A stretch of 64,000 nt of DNA. Origin: Candidatus Eiseniibacteriota bacterium (GTDB lineage Bacteria; Eisenbacteria; RBG-16-71-46). Shown in pieces: positions 45,487-55,054 of this stretch. The position numbers and the translations under genes were made by a program. The stretch spans positions 1-64,000 of the forward strand of contig JBBRLX010000026.1 of the NCBI GenBank assembly GCA_038231135.1. Direction: 5' to 3'. Within the stretch, counting starts at the first letter, position 1; each line of letters begins with the position of its first letter. The notes beneath the pieces were generated by a model. It was given only the letters and a program-made list of their open reading frames with translations. It was not told where the DNA came from and ran no database searches.

Positions 45487-45558
45487 CCTGGCGTCGCGCT
45501 CAGCTCCGGGTTCGCGAATCCGGTCGCGGGCGGAACTCACGAGACCACACCCGCCGGA

Positions 45559-47757
45559 CTAGGACGAGTGGTTCCGCAGCAGCGCGACGAGCGCTCCGTG
45601 GTCCACGGGTTTCACGAGATGGGCGTTGAAGCCGGTGTCCATCGAGCGCCGGCGATCCTCCTCCTGGCCCCAGCCGGTCGCGGCGATCAGCAACGCGTCG
45701 CGGCCCCACGGCATCGCCCGCACCTGCTTCGCGACCTCGTAGCCGTTGAGGCGCGGCATCCCGATGTCGAGCAGCAGCACGTCGGGACGGAACTCTTCGG
45801 CGCTGCGCACCGCCTCCTCGCCGTCATAGGCGACCACCACCTCGTTGCCGCCGAGTCGCAACAGCATCGCCATGGAGTCCGCGGAATCGCGATTGTCGTC
45901 CGCGACCAGGATCCGTCGCGGCCGCGCCGCGGGCGTGGCGTCGGGGCGCGCGGGCTCGGGAGCGGGCGTGCTCGCCGCCTGCGCCGGCAGCCGGATCGTG
46001 AACCGGCTGCCCCGGTCGGGGCCGTCGCTCGCGACGGCGATCGACCCGCCATGCATTTCGACCAGTTGCTTCACGAGCGTGAGGCCGAGACCGAGTCCGC
46101 CCCGGGAATGATCGGGGGAGCGGTCGGCCTGGTAGAACAGATCGAACACGTGGGGCAGGTGCTCCGCGCTCAGGCCCTTGCCGTCGTCTTCGACGAAGAT
46201 CGTCACGGCATCGCCGCGTCCCGCGGCGCCCACCGTGATCCTGCCGCCCGGGCGCGTGTACTTCGCCGCATTGTCCAGCAGGTTCGACAGCACCTGCGCG
46301 AGCCGCACCGGATCGCCGTCGACGTGCAGCGGGCCACCGGGCGGTTGCAGCGTGAGTGAGCGATCCGTCTCGCCGATCGCCGGGCCGGCCGCGGCGATCA
46401 CGCCGTCGAGGAACGCGCCCAGCTCGATCGTTTCGCGGCGCAGCTCGAGCTTGCCCTGGGTGATGCGGCTCACGTCGAGCAGGTCGTCGATCAGGCGGGC
46501 GAGGTGCACCACCTGACGCTGGATCACGTCGTGGCTCCAGCTCACGTCCGGGTCGGTCGTGCCCTTGAGGCGTAGCAGCTCGACCGCGCTGCGGATCGGG
46601 TTGAGCGGGTTGCGCAGCTCGTGCCCGAGCGTCGCGAGGAATTCGTCCTTGCGGCGGTCGGCCTCGCGCAGCGCCTGCTCGTTGCGGTGGCGTTCCGAGA
46701 TGTCGGATTGGGTTCCCCAGATGCGCAGCAGCCGCCCGTTCTCCACCACGCCGGCGAAATTGTTCGAGAACCACACCGGGTTGCCGTCGCGATCGAACTC
46801 CGCCGATTCGTCATCGGTCACGCTGTAGCCGGCCTCGACCACACGGCACAGGTGACGCCAGCGCACCGGATCGTCCACCGGCAGCAGCCGGTCGAGGCCG
46901 AATCCGATCATGTCCTCGCTGCGCTCGTACCCGTACATGCGGGCGAATGCGTCGTTGCACTCGGCGATGACGCCATAGGCATAGGCGAGTCGCGCCTGGT
47001 CCTCGACCGGCAGCGAGATGTCGATCGGCACCGCCAGCTCGATCCGGTAGATGCCCTCCGTGCTGTTGGTGACGAACGCCCGGTAGCGCTCCTCGGCTTC
47101 GCGCAGCACCCCCTCGGTCCGGTTCCGCTCCAGCAGCTCCTCCTTGGACCGCCGATACAGCGCCGCGTTCTCGAGCGCCACGGCCAGCAGCAGCGAGATG
47201 CCTTCGAGCAATTCGAGATCGGTCTCCGTGTAGGCGCCCTCGCGGTCCGTCATCACCTGTACGACGCCCGTGACGTCACCCTCGAGCAGCAGTGGCGTCA
47301 TGATCGCGCTGCGGCTGCCGGTGGGCGGCCCCCGGCGCAGGTCCCGGACCTCGCCGCTCGGCTCCACCTCGTAGAACGTCCCCTGGGGATCGCGCACGCG
47401 CTCGCTCACGTCCGAGAACAGCATCGGGCGGCCGGTACGCAGCACCTGCGTCTGCATGCCCTCGGCATCGGGGCGGTAGACGAGCGGCGGCAGCGCGGCT
47501 GGATCGAGCACGTTGCCGCCGACCCAGGCGTACGCGCAGCGGATCAGGCCTTCGCGCGCGTCGAACGACGACACGATGAGGCCGTCGCAGGCCATCGCGT
47601 CGCACACGCTGTCCTTGAGGCGCGTAAAGATCGCCTCGGGCTCGAGGCTGCTGCCCAGCTGGCGGGCGGTCTCGACCAGCACGCGCTGCGCGCTCTCGAG
47701 CGTCGGGGCGGAAGCATGTGAAGCGCGATGTGGATCGGGCGGATTCGTTTGGGACAT
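45559..47757 (-). CDS. Hybrid sensor histidine kinase/response regulator (GAF-PAS-HisKA-HATPase-REC)
   Basis: FLATLGHELRNPL H-box, NLLDNAAKY, GLGLGL, receiver LLDIGMP. Confidence 0.93.
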   Translation of the reverse strand: MSQTNPPDPHRASHASAPTLESAQRVLVETARQLGSSLEPEAIFTRLKDSVCDAMACDGLIVSSFDAREGLIRCAYAWVGGNVLDPAALPPLVYRPDAEGMQTQVLRTGRPMLFSDVSERVRDPQGTFYEVEPSGEVRDLRRGPPTGSRSAIMTPLLLEGDVTGVVQVMTDREGAYTETDLELLEGISLLLAVALENAALYRRSKEELLERNRTEGVLREAEERYRAFVTNSTEGIYRIELAVPIDISLPVEDQARLAYAYGVIAECNDAFARMYGYERSEDMIGFGLDRLLPVDDPVRWRHLCRVVEAGYSVTDDESAEFDRDGNPVWFSNNFAGVVENGRLLRIWGTQSDISERHRNEQALREADRRKDEFLATLGHELRNPLNPIRSAVELLRLKGTTDPDVSWSHDVIQRQVVHLARLIDDLLDVSRITQGKLELRRETIELGAFLDGVIAAAGPAIGETDRSLTLQPPGGPLHVDGDPVRLAQVLSNLLDNAAKYTRPGGRITVGAAGRGDAVTIFVEDDGKGLSAEHLPHVFDLFYQADRSPDHSRGGLGLGLTLVKQLVEMHGGSIAVASDGPDRGSRFTIRLPAQAASTPAPEPARPDATPAARPRRILVADDNRDSADSMAMLLRLGGNEVVVAYDGEEAVRSAEEFRPDVLLLDIGMPRLNGYEVAKQVRAMPWGRDALLIAATGWGQEEDRRRSMDTGFNAHLVKPVDHGALVALLRNHSS

Positions 47758-47834
47758 GCAGACTCCGGCATGCAGGCTCGAGGCGACTCCCCGAAAGCTA
47801 GCATACCGGCGCCCGCGCCGCCGCCGGTCTTCGT

Positions 47835-48650
47835 TCAGCGCTTGCGGGCCACGATTTCCACCACCATCGGCGTCACCTGGAACGCGCCCGGGGTGGTTTC
47901 GAGCTGTGCGAACGCGGCGGTGATCTCGGCGGCGCGCGCCGTGTCGATGCGGCCGAGGTCCACGAGCCGCCGGAGACCGACGCCGATGAACGCGCGCGGC
48001 CACGCCCACACCGGGTCGCCGGGCCGGGTGATCTCCACCAGCGGCTCGAGGTGGCGGAGCTCGAACCCGAGCTCCGCGAGCCAGCGCGGCAGCTCGAGGC
48101 CGATGTCGGGCTCGCCGCCCTCGGCCCGCCAGCTCGCGATCACGTGGTCCACGAACTCCTCGAGTACGGGGCTGCGCGGCGAGGATCGCCACGACCGGTA
48201 GTCGATGTATTCGTGCAGCACCATGTGCCCGCCCGGGCGCAGCGCACCCGCGGCGCGTTCGAGCAGGGTCCGCGGGTGCCGCACGAACGAGTAGAGCCAG
48301 CGCGACCAGATGCCGTCGGCCTCGAGCGGCGGCAGCGGCTGCTCGTCGAGGTCGAGCTCGAGCGTCTCGATCTGCGGCAGCCCCCGGCCGCCCGCGGCCG
48401 CCTGCAACCGGTCGAGGAACCGGCGCGAGCGGTCGATCGCGAGGACGTGCCCGTCACGCCCCACGAGCTCCGCGAGGTCGAGCGCGGCGTAGCCGGGGCC
48501 GCAGCCGAGGTCGACGAGCGTGTCGCCGATCGTGAACCCGGCGCGCCGCCAGGCCCGGGTCGCCTGCGGCCGCCACACGGAATGCTGAAGCCCGAGCCGC
48601 GCGACCTCGTCGTCGTGGGTTCCGAGCACGTAGTCCTTTTCGAGTGGCAT
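47835..48650 (-). CDS. Class I SAM-dependent methyltransferase
   Basis: VDLGCGPG motif I, ALRPGG. Confidence 0.9.
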   Translation of the reverse strand: MPLEKDYVLGTHDDEVARLGLQHSVWRPQATRAWRRAGFTIGDTLVDLGCGPGYAALDLAELVGRDGHVLAIDRSRRFLDRLQAAAGGRGLPQIETLELDLDEQPLPPLEADGIWSRWLYSFVRHPRTLLERAAGALRPGGHMVLHEYIDYRSWRSSPRSPVLEEFVDHVIASWRAEGGEPDIGLELPRWLAELGFELRHLEPLVEITRPGDPVWAWPRAFIGVGLRRLVDLGRIDTARAAEITAAFAQLETTPGAFQVTPMVVEIVARKR

Positions 48651-48662
48651 GGCGGCGCGCCG

Positions 48663-49592
48663 TCAGCCGGTCCGGGTCCAGCTCGCGCGCGGATCCGGCA
48701 ACGGAGTGAGCCGCGCCTCGATCTGCGTGCGGAGGGGCTCGAACTGCGGCGGCAGGATGATGTGCTGCCCCAGTTCCTCGACGGGCGAATCGATCGTGAA
48801 GCCCGGTGCGTCGTCGGCGATCTCGTACAGGATCCCGCCGGGCTCGCGGAAGTAGATGGAGTGGAAGTAGTGGCGGTCGATGATCGGCGTCGAATTCACG
48901 CCGAGTTCCTGCAGCCGCTCGAGCCACTGGGGATGCTCGGCCGCCCGCGCGCCCCACGCCACGTGATGCACGGTGCCCGCGCCCGGCGTTCCGCGCAGCG
49001 CGGGCGGCGGCTCGAACGCGATCGTGCCCCCGCGGCGATCGCCGCGCACCTCCCAGACGCCGTCGCCCGCGCGGCGCGCGCCCAGCACACGTTCCAGCAG
49101 ATCGCCGCTGCGGTCGATGCGCGGGCCGAACGCGCGCACGCCGTCGAAGCCCTGGAGCGCATGCTCCGCCGGGATGTCGGGGTGGTGCGCCACGAGCGGC
49201 GCATCGGCAGCGTGGCTCACGACCAGCGCGTGCCGCAGCTCCTCGGGATCCGCGAACCGCAGCTCCGCGCCGGTTCGCTCGCTCTCCACGCCGTGACGGC
49301 CGAGCCGCGCGGCCCAGAACTCGAGCGCCGCCTCGGAGCCGACACGCCACACGATGGTGTGGACCATGCCGCCGCCGGCGCGGCCGAGCGGCGAGCCGGG
49401 ATACTCGAAGAACGTGATGTCGCCACCAGGGTCGCCGGTCTCGTCCGCGTAGAACAGATGGTAGACCTCGGGATCATCCTGATTGACGCTCTTCGCGACC
49501 AGCCGCAGGCCGAGCACCCCGGCGTAGAACTCCACGTTACGCGGCGCGTCACCGGTGATGCACGTGACGTGATGGATGCCTTCGAGCTTCAT
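48663..49592 (-). CDS. VOC/glyoxalase family ring-cleaving dioxygenase (MhqO-like)
   Basis: GIHHVT, SVNQDDP..YHLFY, GTVHHVAW and DRHYFHSIYFREPGG motifs. Confidence 0.92.
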   Translation of the reverse strand: MKLEGIHHVTCITGDAPRNVEFYAGVLGLRLVAKSVNQDDPEVYHLFYADETGDPGGDITFFEYPGSPLGRAGGGMVHTIVWRVGSEAALEFWAARLGRHGVESERTGAELRFADPEELRHALVVSHAADAPLVAHHPDIPAEHALQGFDGVRAFGPRIDRSGDLLERVLGARRAGDGVWEVRGDRRGGTIAFEPPPALRGTPGAGTVHHVAWGARAAEHPQWLERLQELGVNSTPIIDRHYFHSIYFREPGGILYEIADDAPGFTIDSPVEELGQHIILPPQFEPLRTQIEARLTPLPDPRASWTRTG

Positions 49593-49882
49593 GACCGACC
49601 TCCGACCCCGGTTCGGTCCCGGGGGAAACATTGTTTAGGCGCAGGCGGGCGTCGTCCCCGTGGTCTGTAAGCCGGTGACGACAGTTCCGTGGACGACAGC
49701 CTACGCGAACGCCATTTCGATTGCTGCCGGACGGACTAGATCCCTACACTCATTGGAGTTCCCGCCTCAGGGGTCTTGGCGGCCTCACAATTGCCTGAAC
49801 GTTTCAGCTTACCCCGCGCGCATCGACATTCGGGCCGGGCGACGATCGCGGCCGCATTCTCGCACGAACCTTTGAGGCGTCC

Positions 49883-52800
49883 ATGATACCGAGTCACCCC
49901 TCCTCGCCAGCCGCCTCACGTCCGCGCCCCTGGCGCGTGTTCAGAACATTCCAGCCGTGGAGCGCCGCGGTGCTGTGCGCCGGCGTGTTCGCCGCGATGT
50001 GCGCCGCCTGCGCGGGAGCCGACGGCATCAACCTGTCGTGGGACGAATGCGGCACCGCCGGCACCGAGCTCAAGACCTTCGCGTGCGGATCGGCGACCAC
50101 GACGCCGTTCGTGCTGATCGGGTCGTTCCAGCCGCCGGAGGGGGTCGACGAGTTCCTGGGTACGGAGGCCGAATTGCGCGTGGCGTCGAAGACGCTGCCG
50201 AATTGGTGGGCGCTGGGCGACGGTCAGTGCCGCTCGGGCGGGCTGATGACGGATTTCCGCTTTGCGGCCGGAGGCGCCTGCTCGGATTTCTACGGACGCG
50301 ATGCCGTGGGTGGCTTCCTCTATGATCTGGGAGCGTTCGGCGCGAACACCGCCCGGCTGCGAATCACGAGCGCGGTGCCGATCGACAAGCGCGGGCCGGT
50401 CGATCCGGGCAAGCAGTACTACGCGTTCAAACTGCTGTTGCTGCCGGATATCGGATCGGGGAGCTGCGCGGGCTGCGACGTCCCGGTCGGGATCACGCTG
50501 AACAAGCTCCAGCTGTTCCAGTCGCCCGAGGCCAACAACGATCCCGTGATCGACACGCCGCTCGACCGCACCGCCGTATCCTGGCAGGCGTCGGTCGGCG
50601 GGCCGGCCACGCTCGCCTCGTTCGAACCCGCGGGCGGCATGCCCGGCCAGGTGGTCCATCTGCACGGCAGGAATCTCGACGGCACTTCGGTGGTGCGCTT
50701 CAACGGGGTCGAAGCGCCCTTCACCGTGGTCAGCGATTCGCTCGTCGACGCCACCGTGCCCGCCGGGGCGCGCAGCGGACCGCTCGAGCTCATCACGCCG
50801 TTCGGTGCCTCGCGCACCGCGAGTGCGTTCGTCGCGGCGCCGGTGATCGAGTCGTTCCTGCCGCGCCAGGCCCAGCCGGGGACGGACGTGGTCGTCCACG
50901 GCCGCAACTTCAGCAACGTCTCCAGCGTGAAATTCGCCGGCGTTGCCGCCGAATACCAGGTGTTCGGCGACTCGGCGCTGCGGGCGATCGTTCCCGCCGC
51001 CGCGGCCGACGGTCCGATCGTCGCGACGAATCCCGGCGGCACCGGTGGCTCGGAGGTGTTCCGCGTCGGCGTCGATGGCGGGGTGCTCGACCTGGCGTGG
51101 GACGATTGCGGCGCCGCGGGCAGCGAGCTCAAACAGTTCGCGTGCAACCGCGACACCGGTGCCCCGTTCTCGCTGGTCGCGTCGTTCGCGCCGCCGTCCG
51201 GCGTGACCCAGTTGTCGGGCATCGACGCAGACGTGGCGGTGTTCGCGACCGAACTGCCGGACTGGTGGAAGCACGGCGCCGGCGATTGCCGCGCCGGCCT
51301 CGGCTTCAATACGACGTTCGACGGTCCGCCCGGTGGCGCCTGCACCGACGCATGGACCGGCCGCGCGAGCGGCCACACCACCTTCGAACTCGCGTACTAC
51401 GGCGCGAATTCCGCGCGGTTCCACGTGGTGGGCGCCATGCCGGAGGTGTCCACGGCCGCGGTGGACCCGCACGCCGAGTACTACGCGTTCCGCCTGAACC
51501 TGTTGCCCGCGCGCTCCACCGGCGGTTGCGCGGGCTGCTCGATTCCGGTGCGGCTGGTGCTGCAGCAAATCCAGCTGCTGCAGCCCGCGGCGGCGGCGTT
51601 CGATCCCGTGATCACGGCGCCATTCCACCGCAATTCGGTGCTGTGGCAGGGGGCCCCGGGCCCATTGCCCCGCGTCGACGATTTCCAGCCGCGGGTCGGC
51701 GTGGCGGGCACCCCGGTCGAGATCACCGGCAGCCACTTCACCGGCGCGACCGAAGTGCGGTTCGGGAACGTGCCGTCGGCGACGATCACCGTGCGCTCCG
51801 ATTCGCTCATCAGCGCACTCGTCCCGTTCCTGGCGCCGTCCGGCCGCGTCCTCGTGAAGACGCCGTATGGCGCGGGTGCGAGCGAGGGCGTGTTCATCAC
51901 GCCGCCTTTGATCGGGTCGTTCACCCCCGGACAGGCGCCGGCCGGCGCCACGATCACGATCCACGGGACGAACCTGGCGAACGTGGTGGGTGTGACGTTC
52001 AACCGCAAGGGGGCGCAATTCCAGGTCGTATCGGATTCGGTGGTCACCGCGGTGGCCCCGCGCAACACCACCGACGGTCATATCGGAGTGAACAACGCCG
52101 CGGGGGAGGCGCTGTCGGATGGCGTGTTCCATTTCGGCTCCACCACGGTGCCGACTCCAACCATCTCGTCGTTCACGCCTGCGTTCGGTGTGCCCGGCAC
52201 CGAGGTGAGCCTCGCCGGGGAGAATCTCGCCGGGGCCACGTCCGTCACGTTCGGCGGGGTCCCGGCGACGTTCCGGCAGTCGAGCGACGTGCTCGTGATC
52301 GCGACGGTGCCGCAGAGTCCGGCCATCGGGCTGATCGCAATGACCACGGCGGGTGGCGTGGCGCACACGTCAATCGCGTTCATCGTGCCGCCCGTGATCC
52401 AGTCGTTCTCGCCGCTCGAGCTGCGGCCGAACGACGAGGTGACGATCCTGGGACGCAACTTCACGCAGGCGAAGGGTGTGCAGTTCGACGTGGAGGCGGC
52501 GGACTTCTCGGTGCGCAGCGATTCGCTGATCGAGGCGTTCGTGCCGGCGGGCGTGGTGGCGACGGGGGCGGTGCAAGTATCGAACGTCGCCGGCGATGGG
52601 GTATCGGCCCAGCTCTATCATCTGAGCCCCGAGCCATCCGGCGGCGGGATCAACCTGTCGTGGGACGACTGCGGCGCCGCCGGCGAACCGGATCAGACGT
52701 TCACGTGTGATGCGAACTCCGGCGCGCCGCTCACGATGGTGGGGTCGTTCGTGGCGCCGGCGGGGATCACGCAGTTTGTCGGTGCCACCGCCGAACTGCG

Positions 52801-54775
52801 GGTGGAGTCGAAGGCCGACGTGCTGCCCGACTGGTGGCGGTTCGGCACCGGCACCTGCCGGGGCACGGGGATCAGCGCGGACTTCAACTTCACCGAGGGT
52901 CCGTTCACCTGCCTCGACCCGACGACGGGCCGCGCGGCGGGTGGCTTCGTCTACGAGATCGGCCAGCATGGTCCGAATTCCGCGCGCATCCGGCTGACGT
53001 ACGCGGTGCCGTTCGATACCCGCGACGCGCTCGAGGCGGGGAAGGAGTACTACGCGTTCCGCGTCCGGGTGACGCGTGCGCGCTCGACCGGCGCCGGCAC
53101 GTGCGACGGGTGCAGCGACGCCGTGGACATCACGTTCCGTCAGATCCAGTTGTTCCAGCCGCCCGAGCTCCACGACGATCCGACGCTCGACGCGGTCGCG
53201 GTCAGCGCCAAGATCCGCTGGCAGCCGTCCCACGGCGGCCCGAACCTGGTGCGCGATCCGTCCTTCGAGACTTCGCTCGCGGGCTGGGGACCGGTGGGCG
53301 GTGCCACGCTGGACCGGGTGCCGCAGTCCCACACCGGTACGTTTGCGATGCAGGTGACGGGAGCGGATTCCCTGGGCGAGTTCGGCATCAACGACTCGCC
53401 GAACCTGGTGGCGCGGGTGCCGGCGGCGCACCGCTCGTACCGGTTCCTGCTGTTCGCCCGCGCCATCGGCGCGCCGTCGCCGATCCAGTTGCGCATGCGC
53501 GAATACTCGGGTCGGGTGCGGGTCCAGACCGCGACCAGCGCCTGGGTCCCGCTCACGACGGACTGGCAGCGGGTGCAGGCCCAGATCACGAGCCTCAACG
53601 ACTCGTCGACGATCGACTTCCAGGTGATCGGCGCGGGACCGGCGCCGCGCACGGTGTTTCAGATCGACGACGTGGAGGTCTCGCTGATGGGCAGCGAGCC
53701 GGTGCTCGTCGTGCCGTCGTCGGTCAACGCCACCCCGGGAGTGCCGGTCGAGATCACCGTCACCGCGAGCGATCCGGGCGGCGAGCCGATCCACGCGTTC
53801 GTCGCCGACCTGTCGGGACTGCCGATGCTGAACGACGCCGTGTTCACTCCGGACCCCGACCTCACGCGCGGCGTGTTGCGCTGGACGCCGCAGCCGGAGG
53901 ACGCCGATGGTGACTACGTCGTGCCGTTCCGCGTCACGAGCGTGCTCGACAAGTCGCGTTCGACCGAGATCCACGTGGCTCACGCGGATCCGTATCCGCT
54001 CGTCACCAATCCGTCGTTCGAAACCGAAGTCATCGGGTGGCACGGCTACGAGGGCGCCACGTTCGAGCGTGTCACTCCCGGACGCACCGGCGCCTGGGCG
54101 CTGTCGGTGCACGAAGCCGACTCCACCGCGGAGTACGGGATCAACGATGCGCCGAACTGGGTGGTGACGACGCCGGGCGCCGGCATTCCCTACCGGTTCT
54201 CCGCCTGGGTGCGCGCCGCGTTCGGCACCGGGGTCGGGGTGTTGCGCGTGCGCGAGTTCCAGGGCCCGCTGAAGGTCGGCGCTTCGTCGTATTCGGCCAC
54301 GATTTCGCTGACACCCGAGTGGCGGCAGGTCGAGGTCGATCGCGTCACCGGCGCAGCGGGCTCGACGCTGGACTTCCAGGTGCTGTGCTATCCGGATGCC
54401 GCCGGCACCGCTTTCAATGTGGACGACGTCACGATCCGGCCGCTGGTGACGCCGCCGGCGCCCGCGACGGCGGCAGAGAAATCGGCCGGGAAGATGGTGT
54501 TCGAGAGGCCCACCGTTTATCCCAACCCATTCCGCGGGCGCGCGATGCTGGGCATCACGCTCTCGCGGCCGGGGCCGATGCACGTGGGTGTCTACGATCT
54601 GAGCGGACGGCGGGTGCGTACGGTGTACGATGCCGCCCATGCCGAACCCGGGACGCACATCTTCGAGCTCGATGGCAGGGACGACCGCGGACACCGGCTC
54701 GGCGCCGGAGTGTTCTTCTATCGCATCGAGAGCCCGAACGGGGTCCAGCAGGGCCGGTTCGCCATGCTGGAGTGA
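49883..54775 (+). CDS. Large secreted protein: 3x Cys-containing 'NLSWDDC' domains, IPT/TIG repeats, 2x CBM4/9-like domains, Ig domain and FlgD-Ig-like C-terminus
   Basis: Signal peptide; repeats at ~50024, ~51081 and ~52645; SF.P..G..G..V.I.G IPT repeats; NLVRDPSFET and LVTNPSFET CBM-like starts; terminal VYPNP...VYDLSGR...GVFFYRI. Confidence 0.85.
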   Translation: MIPSHPSSPAASRPRPWRVFRTFQPWSAAVLCAGVFAAMCAACAGADGINLSWDECGTAGTELKTFACGSATTTPFVLIGSFQPPEGVDEFLGTEAELRVASKTLPNWWALGDGQCRSGGLMTDFRFAAGGACSDFYGRDAVGGFLYDLGAFGANTARLRITSAVPIDKRGPVDPGKQYYAFKLLLLPDIGSGSCAGCDVPVGITLNKLQLFQSPEANNDPVIDTPLDRTAVSWQASVGGPATLASFEPAGGMPGQVVHLHGRNLDGTSVVRFNGVEAPFTVVSDSLVDATVPAGARSGPLELITPFGASRTASAFVAAPVIESFLPRQAQPGTDVVVHGRNFSNVSSVKFAGVAAEYQVFGDSALRAIVPAAAADGPIVATNPGGTGGSEVFRVGVDGGVLDLAWDDCGAAGSELKQFACNRDTGAPFSLVASFAPPSGVTQLSGIDADVAVFATELPDWWKHGAGDCRAGLGFNTTFDGPPGGACTDAWTGRASGHTTFELAYYGANSARFHVVGAMPEVSTAAVDPHAEYYAFRLNLLPARSTGGCAGCSIPVRLVLQQIQLLQPAAAAFDPVITAPFHRNSVLWQGAPGPLPRVDDFQPRVGVAGTPVEITGSHFTGATEVRFGNVPSATITVRSDSLISALVPFLAPSGRVLVKTPYGAGASEGVFITPPLIGSFTPGQAPAGATITIHGTNLANVVGVTFNRKGAQFQVVSDSVVTAVAPRNTTDGHIGVNNAAGEALSDGVFHFGSTTVPTPTISSFTPAFGVPGTEVSLAGENLAGATSVTFGGVPATFRQSSDVLVIATVPQSPAIGLIAMTTAGGVAHTSIAFIVPPVIQSFSPLELRPNDEVTILGRNFTQAKGVQFDVEAADFSVRSDSLIEAFVPAGVVATGAVQVSNVAGDGVSAQLYHLSPEPSGGGINLSWDDCGAAGEPDQTFTCDANSGAPLTMVGSFVAPAGITQFVGATAELRVESKADVLPDWWRFGTGTCRGTGISADFNFTEGPFTCLDPTTGRAAGGFVYEIGQHGPNSARIRLTYAVPFDTRDALEAGKEYYAFRVRVTRARSTGAGTCDGCSDAVDITFRQIQLFQPPELHDDPTLDAVAVSAKIRWQPSHGGPNLVRDPSFETSLAGWGPVGGATLDRVPQSHTGTFAMQVTGADSLGEFGINDSPNLVARVPAAHRSYRFLLFARAIGAPSPIQLRMREYSGRVRVQTATSAWVPLTTDWQRVQAQITSLNDSSTIDFQVIGAGPAPRTVFQIDDVEVSLMGSEPVLVVPSSVNATPGVPVEITVTASDPGGEPIHAFVADLSGLPMLNDAVFTPDPDLTRGVLRWTPQPEDADGDYVVPFRVTSVLDKSRSTEIHVAHADPYPLVTNPSFETEVIGWHGYEGATFERVTPGRTGAWALSVHEADSTAEYGINDAPNWVVTTPGAGIPYRFSAWVRAAFGTGVGVLRVREFQGPLKVGASSYSATISLTPEWRQVEVDRVTGAAGSTLDFQVLCYPDAAGTAFNVDDVTIRPLVTPPAPATAAEKSAGKMVFERPTVYPNPFRGRAMLGITLSRPGPMHVGVYDLSGRRVRTVYDAAHAEPGTHIFELDGRDDRGHRLGAGVFFYRIESPNGVQQGRFAMLE

Positions 54776-54805
54776 GTTCGTGGCGGACGGAGTGCGGGCG
54801 CCGCA

Positions 54806-55054
54806 ATGAAGCGCCCGCACCGCCTGCTCGCCGCGGTCCCGCCGGCCGTCATGCTGGTCGGCGTGCCGTTCGCGAATCACGTACGCCCGTACGTGTTCGG
54901 CCTGCCGTTCCTGTTGTTCTTCTTCGTCGCGTGCGTGCTGCTCACTTCCGTGGCGCTCGCGTGCGTCGGCTGGCTCGATCGCCGCGCGGATGCGCGCGAT
55001 GCCGCCGAACCCAGTTGCGGGTCCCCGGCGCCCCCGGCTCCCCCGGCGCCATGA
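54806..55054 (+). CDS. DUF3311 domain small membrane protein
   Basis: PFANHVRPYVFGLPF signature; ATGA overlap with the symporter gene. Confidence 0.85.
   Translation: MKRPHRLLAAVPPAVMLVGVPFANHVRPYVFGLPFLLFFFVACVLLTSVALACVGWLDRRADARDAAEPSCGSPAPPAPPAP

Noticed and set aside
49593..49882. Riboswitch or ncRNA in the divergent intergenic region
   Set aside because: No recognisable conserved aptamer motif by eye; an Infernal/Rfam scan would be needed
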